Shown here: positions 20,574 through 27,561 of the stretch, piece after piece
How positions within the stretch are numbered: position 1 is the stretch's first letter
How the letters are laid out: the number at the start of each line of letters is the position of its first letter
Assembly (NCBI GenBank): GCA_039801565.1
Contig: JBDRUX010000022.1
Coordinates: 1-27,561, forward strand
Origin: a candidate division WOR-3 bacterium
GTDB lineage: Bacteria > Hydrothermota > Tepidihabitantia > Tepidihabitantales > JAOUPE01
DNA length: 27,561 nt
Direction: 5' to 3'
Program-made: the position numbers and the translations under genes
Notes under the pieces: model-generated
Seen by the model: only the letters and a program-made list of their open reading frames with translations
Told to the model about the DNA's origin: nothing
The model's database searches: none

Positions 20574-22037
20574 CTACCGGCTTATCGTCATCTTTTCCAC
20601 GACCCGACAGTTTAACGCCTCCAACTCATAAAAATAGACTCCATTAGGAACCTTCAAGCCAATGTTGTCTTTCCCATCCCAATTCTGCTGGTTTAGTCCG
20701 GCTTTTTGCTTATGGACAAACTTCTTTACTAATCTACCGGTTCCATCATATATCTTTAGTGAGACACCACATTCCTTTGGCAAGAAGTAACTAATCGTAG
20801 TGTTAAGGTTGAACGGATTCGGTTCATTCTGATAAAGAATTGGTTGTGAGTTACGGTTGGCAATCCTTTGGCTCTGCCCGCCATTATTTTCAGTCTCACA
20901 GTGAAGAAAACAAATCCGATAGTTCCCACCTGGCTCAATTTCCTCACTCCATAAAAAGTCAGGATCGGGTGGCATTGGTTCACCTCTTCCATCTGGGTCA
21001 GGTGGCATTGGTTCGCCCCGTCCATCAGGCTTTACAATATGGCAAAATTGAGAATTAGTAAAAGTACTTTGACTAATATTTATCGTGTCACCTCGGATAT
21101 CGGCATATATTTCCCACTTGTTCTCACCATTCTGTTCCTGCCAGGCTACGATTTGATTTGTCCTCATTACTGGAAAATCCTTTACCCTATCGCTCTGGAG
21201 TGGATTTCGATAGCTCCAGTATTCGTTAGATGCGATAATCGGTTTTACCGCAACCTTAACTGTTGTGTTATCCTCAACCCAAGTCACGTAAATTGAATCA
21301 CCAAACTGTTCAATAGATGGATGCTTTGAGGAATGATTAGGCGTATTGGAGAGATTATATGGTAAAGACCAAAAAATTGCATCCCAGCAGTCAGGTAAAA
21401 CCGTCGCTTCACAATAAAACACTTCATCACCCTTCTGCCAACAAAGATGCAAAATGTCTCCCTGCGTTACCGCAATACATCCTAAACTATCAACAAAACC
21501 ATCTGCTGCATCAATATCACCCATTACAACTCGATTTCGATTGAACTTGGCATATTTAATGGATGATCGATTTGCCGATAACGAATAGACCGGAAAGACC
21601 ACAAAGCCGAACGGAACGCTGTCATTAGCAATTGAGGGCGAAACAACTAATGAAGGCGAACCAGATTTTTGATTTTGATTGCCACCAAAAATCAAAACCC
21701 TATCCCAATATCCCTGACTATTACGAATAAGACAAAAAATCGAATCGTTACCAAGATAAGCAAGCCATTGGTAATTATGATAATCTAAACCGATACAAGG
21801 ATATTTTCCTTTGGCTAATGGTTCCGGCGTTGACCAAGATGTTCCGCCATCAGTGGAATTGGTATACATTACCCAACCCTCTTTTTCATAAGTAAGATGC
21901 AGTGTGGTGGGATTGGACTGACTAACCAGTTTTTGTCCGATATTGTAGGCGGTTGCTTCACCACTCGAACCAACATCAATGTTCGTTGTCCCAATTAAAA
22001 GGACACCAAGTATAAGTGGAGTTGTTAAAAACATCAT
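20574..22037 (-). CDS. Secreted beta-rich protein with C-terminal FlgD-Ig/T9SS type A-like sorting domain
   Basis: Signal peptide; Asp-box STDGGTSW; C-terminus LYQNEPNPFN..TTISY..SLKIYDGTGRLVK..WDGKD..G..VPNGVYF; SD AAGGAGG. Confidence 0.85.
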   Translation of the reverse strand: MMFLTTPLILGVLLIGTTNIDVGSSGEATAYNIGQKLVSQSNPTTLHLTYEKEGWVMYTNSTDGGTSWSTPEPLAKGKYPCIGLDYHNYQWLAYLGNDSIFCLIRNSQGYWDRVLIFGGNQNQKSGSPSLVVSPSIANDSVPFGFVVFPVYSLSANRSSIKYAKFNRNRVVMGDIDAADGFVDSLGCIAVTQGDILHLCWQKGDEVFYCEATVLPDCWDAIFWSLPYNLSNTPNHSSKHPSIEQFGDSIYVTWVEDNTTVKVAVKPIIASNEYWSYRNPLQSDRVKDFPVMRTNQIVAWQEQNGENKWEIYADIRGDTINISQSTFTNSQFCHIVKPDGRGEPMPPDPDGRGEPMPPDPDFLWSEEIEPGGNYRICFLHCETENNGGQSQRIANRNSQPILYQNEPNPFNLNTTISYFLPKECGVSLKIYDGTGRLVKKFVHKQKAGLNQQNWDGKDNIGLKVPNGVYFYELEALNCRVVEKMTISR

Positions 22038-22239
22038 AACCTCCTTTTCCCAGAGTGTTTTAATTAAATGCGATCAGGGTATGCTAAAACCAACCCCACT
22101 CTGGAAAGGTCAGTTTTACCATAACCTCTAATTTGTGATAAACCGTGTGTGAAAATAACCAAAAAATTTCTCATATACACTCAAATTACTAAAAACCTGC
22201 TTTAGTATAACAATAACGATGCAGGACACAAAGTAAAAA

Positions 22240-22255
22240 TACAAAATTTATGCCA
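22240..22255 (-). promoter_or_regulatory. Putative sigma-54 (-24/-12) promoter for the secreted protein
   Basis: TGGCATAAATTTTGTA: good -24 box; -12 box reads TTGTA instead of TTGCA. Confidence 0.55.
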
Positions 22256-22325
22256 CAAATATTCAATTTTATAACTTTTTAATTAGCAAATGGTTATAAA
22301 AGCACCAATTTTACTCTATAGAAAA

Positions 22326-22492
22326 TGTTACATTTTATGTTACATTAAAAATTATAAGACTAAGTGATCATTGAACTTAATAAAAATCACCAATTTCTGA
22401 TTTGTAACATCTAATGTTACATTTGGAAAAGTTCCCAATTTTATTAAACTTGTAATACCGAATCAAATTTTATTGTAACATTTTAGGTTACA
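22326..22492. promoter_or_regulatory. Three palindromic upstream activator sites TGTAACA-N5-TGTTACA
   Basis: 22326-22344 TGTTACAttttaTGTTACA; 22403-22421 TGTAACAtctaaTGTTACA; 22474-22492 TGTAACAttttaGGTTACA. Confidence 0.8.
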
Positions 22493-22560
22493 ATTTAAGC
22501 TGCATGTTATTTTTGATTCATTAACTCCTTGGTTTTTAATCGGTTAGAAAACGGACTTTG

Positions 22561-22576
22561 TGGAATGATATTTGCA
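22561..22576 (+). promoter_or_regulatory. Putative sigma-54 (-24/-12) promoter for the receiver-domain gene
   Basis: TGGAATGATATTTGCA = GG-N10-GC. Confidence 0.7.
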
Positions 22577-22800
22577 TCTATTATTCTTATGTTAGGTTAT
22601 CATTTTCGAGTAATATTAATTTCAGAGAAGGTCGGTTCGGAATTTAGTTAATTCTCATTGGTCTTGGCAATGAATCTTTCTATTCAGTTCAAGGCAAGGA
22701 AAAGAGAGCCGGCCCGCCTTGTTATTATAATAACAATAACGATGCATCCACCCCACCATAAAATCCTAACACCGGCTCTCGTAAAATTTTTTAATAGCAT

Positions 22801-23203
22801 ATGAAAATATTAATTGTAGATGATGAACCTGGAATAAGAGAGACCTTATCGGCTATTTTTAAAGAACACGGCTTTGATGTCTTGGTTGCTGAAAATGGTA
22901 AAGAAGCGGTTCAGATTTTTTCGGAAAATGATATTGACTTTGTGATGATGGATATCGAGTTACCGGAAATGGATGGCTTAACCGCTTATCAGGTAATTAA
23001 AAAAAATTGCGACAAACCGAATTAAAAAAACACGCATCTTATTGATGACTGGAAAATCCGACCGTTTGGAACAAGCAAAAAAGCAAGGTCTTGAGGTCAT
23101 AGAAAAACCGTTTGAGGTCAATAAAGCAATCGCATTATTATTGGATCTGAAAAATCAAAAATGTAATTCCAAGCCTTCGTCGTACGAAAATGTAAAATTT
23201 TAA
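22801..23203 (+). pseudogene. Stand-alone response-regulator receiver gene interrupted by a 1-nt frameshift in an A8 run
   Basis: MKILIVDDE...MMDIELPEMDG stops at 23025. Removing one A from 22999-23006 continues ...RILLMTGK...VIEKPF...KF* to 23203 (133 aa). Confidence 0.85.
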
Positions 23204-23312
23204 AAATTTTCCTCTTGTCTCAAAACTGAGCAAAAGCCCCTAATACCAAAAATTTATATCATTGACCGGCGATACCAAAACAAATAGGTCATTGTGATTA
23301 GGGATATACCGA

Positions 23313-23340
23313 TTGACATTGCTGGTTTTCCTGCTAAATT
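23313..23340 (+). promoter_or_regulatory. Sigma70 promoter with extended -10 and leaderless geometry for yitT
   Basis: TTGACA(23313-23318)-16 bp-TAAATT(23335-23340) preceded by TG-n; ATG at 23346. Confidence 0.6.
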
Positions 23341-23345
23341 GGATT

Positions 23346-24200
23346 ATGCGTAAATTTACCCAACACTTTTTTGACTTTTGCTTAATCATTGTTGGTTCAG
23401 TGATAATGGGTCTGGCTTATAATTTATTTTTAATTCCCCATCGAATTGTTCCCGGTGGCGTCAATGGTTTATCAATAGTTATCAATTTTTTACTTCGAAC
23501 CCCGGTTGGATTAGTCGGAATACTATTCAATATTCCGCTCTTTATTTTAGGTGTTAAAACTTTGGGCAAGGTTTATGGAATAAAATCTCTTTTCGGGATT
23601 ATTTTATCATCGCTTTTCATTGATTTTTTCACTTATGTGGTACCAATTCCATCCGCCACAAATAATACAATTTTAGCCGCCATCTATGGTGGTGTCCTTT
23701 TAGGTGTTGGCTTAGGTGCTGTCTTCCGTGGTCAAGGGTCAACCGGTGGCACTGATATCATCGGCCAAGTTTTGAATCGTTATACCAACCTTTCCATCGG
23801 AATGGGAATTCTTATCACTGATTTCGTTATCATCTCTTTAGCCGCCTTAGTTTTTCGTAAATTAGAATCCGCACTTTACGGTTATCTAACTCTTTTTCTC
23901 TCCAGCAAAGCGATTGATTTAATTTCGGAAGGTTGGAGTTTCACTCGGGCTGTCTATATAATCTCTGATAAAGCAACCGAAATTGCCCAAGTAATAATTG
24001 ATAAAATGGGACGGGGTGTTACTCGATTTTATGCCAAAGGCGAGTATACCAATGTCGAAAGAGATGTTCTGCTCTGTGTTTTAACCAAGCGGGAAATCGC
24101 ACAAATTCGGAACTATGTCAAAGAGATTGACCCAAATGCATTCATCATCATCAGCGATGTCTACGAAGTTTTGGGAAAAGGATTTCGACCAAGGTTATAA
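23346..24200 (+). CDS. YitT-family membrane protein (DUF161 + DUF2179)
   Basis: PGGVNG, NIPLF, GSTGGTDI, RGVT and IDPNAFIII...EVLGKGF; start moved to ATG 23346. Confidence 0.92.
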   Translation: MRKFTQHFFDFCLIIVGSVIMGLAYNLFLIPHRIVPGGVNGLSIVINFLLRTPVGLVGILFNIPLFILGVKTLGKVYGIKSLFGIILSSLFIDFFTYVVPIPSATNNTILAAIYGGVLLGVGLGAVFRGQGSTGGTDIIGQVLNRYTNLSIGMGILITDFVIISLAALVFRKLESALYGYLTLFLSSKAIDLISEGWSFTRAVYIISDKATEIAQVIIDKMGRGVTRFYAKGEYTNVERDVLLCVLTKREIAQIRNYVKEIDPNAFIIISDVYEVLGKGFRPRL

Positions 24201-24207
24201 GATAAAA

Positions 24208-25005
24208 ATGAGGGTCGGTTTCTATCAGTTTTATCCGATTTTCGGTGAGAAGATAAAAAATTTAAAAAAAGTTAGCGACCGGTTAATGAAAATAAAAGCC
24301 GATCTGATAGTATTACCAGAACTATTTGCCACTGGCTATTTCTTTGCCAATCGCCAGGAATTGAACCAGTTAGCCGAGCCGATACCAAATGGTCCGACAA
24401 CCCAAGCCCTACTAAAAATTGCCCAAAGTAAGAAGATGGCAATTGTTGCCGGCGTCGCCGAAAAGACACAGGGTAAAATCTATAACTCTTCAATTTTAGT
24501 TTCACCCTATGGGAAAGTCTTTATTTATCGTAAGGTCCATCTATTCCGGCAAGAGAAATTTCTCTTTACGCCCGGCAATAAACCATTTCCGGTATTTGAT
24601 ATCGGTGGTGTAAAAATTGGGATGTTGGTATGTTTTGACTGGATTTTTCCTGAAGCAACTCGAATTTTAGCATTAGGTGGGGCACAAATCATTTGTCAAC
24701 CAGCCAACCTAATATTACCCTATGCCCATTCTGCTACCCTAACCCGAGCTTTGGAAAATCGGGTGTTTATAATTCTCTGCAACCGGATTGGTGAGGAAAA
24801 ACGCCACCAAGAACGGCTCAAATTTAATGGAATGAGCCAGATTGTTGACCCCTTTGGTCAAATTATCTATCGGGCACCAAAAGACCGAGAAATCTTGAAG
24901 ATAGTCAAGATAGAACCAAAACAGGCATTAAATAAGAAAATAACCGAATTAAATGATGTAATTTCGGACCGACGACCAAAACTATATCGGAAGTTAATTC
25001 GATAA
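24208..25005 (+). CDS. Carbon-nitrogen hydrolase / nitrilase superfamily protein
   Basis: Catalytic triad in LPELF, YRKVHL and VCFDWIFPE; RALENR; start at MRVGFYQ. Confidence 0.92.
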   Translation: MRVGFYQFYPIFGEKIKNLKKVSDRLMKIKADLIVLPELFATGYFFANRQELNQLAEPIPNGPTTQALLKIAQSKKMAIVAGVAEKTQGKIYNSSILVSPYGKVFIYRKVHLFRQEKFLFTPGNKPFPVFDIGGVKIGMLVCFDWIFPEATRILALGGAQIICQPANLILPYAHSATLTRALENRVFIILCNRIGEEKRHQERLKFNGMSQIVDPFGQIIYRAPKDREILKIVKIEPKQALNKKITELNDVISDRRPKLYRKLIR

Positions 25006-25212
25006 GATTTATTTTCCTAATAACTTAGCAAAGGGGGACCGGATTTTACTTTTTGCCTACTCAACAGAAATATTTAGGTCGGTAGGAATAAATTAGAATT
25101 CCGAAAAGACTTAATTTTTCGAAGATTTTATCTAAGTTATTGATTTTGCAGGCGGATTGGCCATCTTGACATATCATTAGGGGCTAGCCTAGGGCTAGCC
25201 CCTGGCTAACCC

Positions 25213-25488
25213 GTAGGCGGTATAGGAGGCAGTTTAGGGGGTAGGTATCGGACAAGCCCGGTAGTTTGGCGAGAAGAATGGTTTGAAGGTTGGTTGGCAC
25301 ACCAGTTCGGAAACAAAAAGGTAGTTTGGTTTGTAATCTGGCTTGAAGTCAGGCGAGTAGGTTGGCTTAAAGGCGAGATGGGCAGCAGGCAGGTGGGTTG
25401 GTTCGTAATCGGGCAAGTAAACAATCTGACAAGCTAACTCAAAGGAGAACTCGGAAACAAGCAATAGAATTGGTTCGTAGGCAAATTT
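25213..25488. repeat. Degenerate 12-bp periodic tandem tract (about 23 units)
   Basis: In-register units gtagtttggcga, gaaggttggttg, gtagtttggttt, gtaatctggctt, gtaggttggctt, gtgggttggttc; exact sub-repeats recur at 60, 72 and 144 bp. Confidence 0.7.
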
Positions 25489-25593
25489 TTAATCTAAAGT
25501 AGCGTTGGAGATTTAAACGCATTCGGGTCGTCCGACAATGTGGTAGTGCGGTTCATCGCTCACAAAATGTCAAATAAATGCACCACCTAAATC

Positions 25594-25867
25594 TTATCGC
25601 ATCGGGTTTAAGTCGTTATGGAATTTTGGCAACAACGGTTGCGAACGATTCGGATTAGGTGACGATGTTGGCATCGGATTACCATTTCCATCGGTCTTGA
25701 TTAAATAGACATCACCATCAGGGTCACCAAAAGAACGAGTATAGCCAGCAATGATATAGCCGCCATCCGAGGTTTGCTGAACTGAAGAACCCCAATCATA
25801 ATTTGAGCCAACAAAAATCTTATACCATTGCTGAGACCTAATGCATCGGTTTGGGTAAATATATATC
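25594..25867 (-). pseudogene. Start-less orphan copy of one 52-aa repeat plus the C-terminal tail of the 26665 gene
   Basis: Translates [79 protein letters not shown]; the 5' part is frameshifted. Confidence 0.85.
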
Positions 25868-25870
25868 GGA

Positions 25871-26221
25871 TTAGCGAATTTTTGCGCAATCTTTATATAA
25901 AGTTACCAATTTGCCCGAAAACTCCTCCGGTTTATGATTAGCGAAAAAATTAAGCACGATGTCTCGTTCTTCTTCAGCTTTCAAATTACCGCGGCGGATA
26001 TAAATTATTCCTTTGGTCTTATGTGCCGGGAATCGAATTGAATTAGTAAAATGGTAATCTCGGGTGATGAGTATTGCCTCTTCCTTAATAACAAGGTTAT
26101 AGACTTCTTCATCCGATGTGCCACCTAATGGAAAATCAGCAATTGCGACAACGGAAAACCCCTTCGCTCTCAGCGTCTCAACAACCGCATAGCTTACACT
26201 TTCATTTATTATTATCTTCAT
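25871..26221 (-). CDS. DUF5615 PIN-like protein (putative toxin)
   Basis: MKIIINES...LRAKGFSV...GTSDEEV...AILITRD.HF...GII; ATGA-coupled to DUF433. Confidence 0.85.
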   Translation of the reverse strand: MKIIINESVSYAVVETLRAKGFSVVAIADFPLGGTSDEEVYNLVIKEEAILITRDYHFTNSIRFPAHKTKGIIYIRRGNLKAEEERDIVLNFFANHKPEEFSGKLVTLYKDCAKIR

Positions 26222-26433
26222 ACCGGAATTAACTTTTCTGTAGCGAGGTAGGCGGCGAATTCAAGGCAGGCTAAGATATCTTCTTTGGTGAGTCGTGGAA
26301 AATTTCGTAAAACCGTTTCATAATCTTCGCCAGCGGCAAGATGACTTAAGATGACAGAAACAGGAATTCGGGTTTCTTTTATACAGGGTTCGCCACCACA
26401 AATATTGGGGTCCGCAACAATCCTTTCCGTCAT
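26218..26433 (-). CDS. DUF433 protein (putative antitoxin)
   Basis: RIVADPNICGGEPCIKETRIPV...FPRLTKEDILACL; SD GGGAGGG. Confidence 0.92.
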   Translation of the reverse strand: MTERIVADPNICGGEPCIKETRIPVSVILSHLAAGEDYETVLRNFPRLTKEDILACLEFAAYLATEKLIPV

Positions 26434-26561
26434 ATTCCCTCCCTAAAAAGTTTAAAAATTTAAAATCGGCATCTTTGATACTTTCGGGGCACCATCAAAT
26501 TCCCAAATCCGATTTCGGAAAAAGATAAGGGAATAAAGGTATTGCCTTTTTTAATAATTTA

Positions 26562-26591
26562 ATTATAGCCCATTGATGATGATGAAGTCAA
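26562..26591 (-). promoter_or_regulatory. Putative sigma70 promoter of the toxin-antitoxin pair
   Basis: TTGACT(26591-26586)-18 bp-TATAAT(26567-26562). Confidence 0.55.
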
Positions 26592-26664
26592 GACCCTTTA
26601 GAAGGAAGTTTGACTTCCATCCGAATCGGTCAAAAATTTTGACCGAACTCTGAGAAGTGGAATT

Positions 26665-27561
26665 TCATTTATCATTGTGGAATTTAAGCAATAAGCCACG
26701 ATTCGGATAATTTCGATTAGGTGACGATGTTGGCATCGGATTACCATTTCCATCGGTCTTGATTAAATAGACATCATAACCACCGGCACCAAAAGAATAA
26801 GTCCCGCCAGCAATGATATAGCCGCCATCTGATGTCTGCTGAACTGACGAACCTTCATCCCAAGATGAGCCGCCAAAGGTCTTATACCATTGCTGATTAC
26901 CATTTCCATCGGTCTTGATTAAATAGACATCACCATCAGGGTCACCAAAAGAACGAGTATAGCCAGCAATGATATAGCCGCCATCCGATGTCTGCTGAAC
27001 TGAATAACCATAATCATGATTTGAGCCACCAAAGGTCTTATACCATTGCTGATTACCATTTCCATCGGTCTTGATTAAATAGACATCATAACCACCGGCA
27101 CCAAAAGAACGAGTATAGCCGGCAATGATATAGCCGCCATCTGATGTCTGCTGAACTGAATAACCTTCATCCCAATATGAGCCGCCAAAGGTCCAGCCAG
27201 GTGCGATAATAATCTGATGACTATTTGACCAAGTAGAGGTAGCACCGTCTTCATCTTTTGCCTGTGCCTTGACATTGTAAGTACCAGGTGAGGACCAGGA
27301 ATGGTTCATTGTTATTATTTCCCCTGACGGAACATAAGAACTCCAATTTGATGTATCACCGTCCCCCCAAGCAAATCTGATAGCAACACTATCGCCATCC
27401 GGGTCAGTTGCGGATGAAGAAAAAGGGTAAATGTTTCTACATCCTTCTAAAGGGCCGGAAGGTATTGAAGGGGTATTAGGTGGATTGGGATTACTGATAC
27501 TTATTTGTCGACCACCGGACCAAGCCGAGGTAACTTCGTTCACATCTTTCGCCTGCGCCTT
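26665..27561 (-). CDS. Surface protein with PKD-like domains and three 52-aa [12 protein letters not shown] repeats; 5' end outside the window
   Basis: Frame stays open to 27561 ([10 protein letters not shown]); PKD-like ATDPDGD...FAWGDG...[17 protein letters not shown]; 156-bp repeats anchored at 27187, 27031 and 26875. Confidence 0.88.
   Translation of the reverse strand, partial: KAQAKDVNEVTSAWSGGRQISISNPNPPNTPSIPSGPLEGCRNIYPFSSSATDPDGDSVAIRFAWGDGDTSNWSSYVPSGEIITMNHSWSSPGTYNVKAQAKDEDGATSTWSNSHQIIIAPGWTFGGSYWDEGYSVQQTSDGGYIIAGYTRSFGAGGYDVYLIKTDGNGNQQWYKTFGGSNHDYGYSVQQTSDGGYIIAGYTRSFGDPDGDVYLIKTDGNGNQQWYKTFGGSSWDEGSSVQQTSDGGYIIAGGTYSFGAGGYDVYLIKTDGNGNPMPTSSPNRNYPNRGLLLKFHNDK

Noticed and set aside
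25213..25488. CRISPR array after an IHF-containing leader
   Set aside because: No constant repeat with unique spacers; the units are contiguous degenerate 12-mers; no cas genes
25701..25889. 62-aa ORF, and the similar 27075-27275 ORF
   Set aside because: Out-of-frame readings of the 156-bp repeat unit
26626..26646. TCGGTCAAAA-a-TTTTGACCGA palindrome as a mobile-element end
   Set aside because: No partner end or target duplication seen; more likely a terminator or operator downstream of the PKD gene
25594..27192. Diversity-generating retroelement TR/VR pair
   Set aside because: Differences are not adenine-specific (for example TAT/TGG/GAA and GAC CCT/GCC GGT), and no reverse transcriptase or Avd gene is in the window

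Overview
AT-rich bacterial chromosome segment. The gene styles (PorV/PorQ-family protein, DUF4837 lipoprotein, secreted protein with a FlgD-like C-terminus, [12 protein letters not shown] repeats) suggest an FCB-associated lineage such as candidate division WOR-3; this is inference only. Positions 1-17.8 kb are mostly housekeeping: deoxynucleoside kinase, folK, csp, nnr, recG, pcm, ligA, serS, an orphan hypB, and rpsP-khpA-trmD-rplS-rnhB-yraN with rimM missing. Positions 17.9-23.2 kb hold the most interesting locus. A TPR-sensor sigma-54 activator with a non-canonical GTATGV loop sits beside a mirror-symmetric intergenic region containing three TGTAACA-N5-TGTTACA palindromes, two TAAC-N17-GTTA boxes and two divergent -24/-12 promoters. 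These promoters point at a secreted protein and at a receiver-domain gene frameshifted in an A8 run. The two predicted leader RNAs are structured and share a 17-nt complementary segment. Positions 25.1-27.5 kb contain a 12-bp periodic DNA tract, a DUF433/DUF5615 toxin-antitoxin pair, and a PKD plus 52-aa-repeat surface protein whose repeats differ mainly at a few hypervariable codons, with a mosaic orphan copy nearby. No tRNA, rRNA, CRISPR array, transposase or reverse transcriptase was seen.
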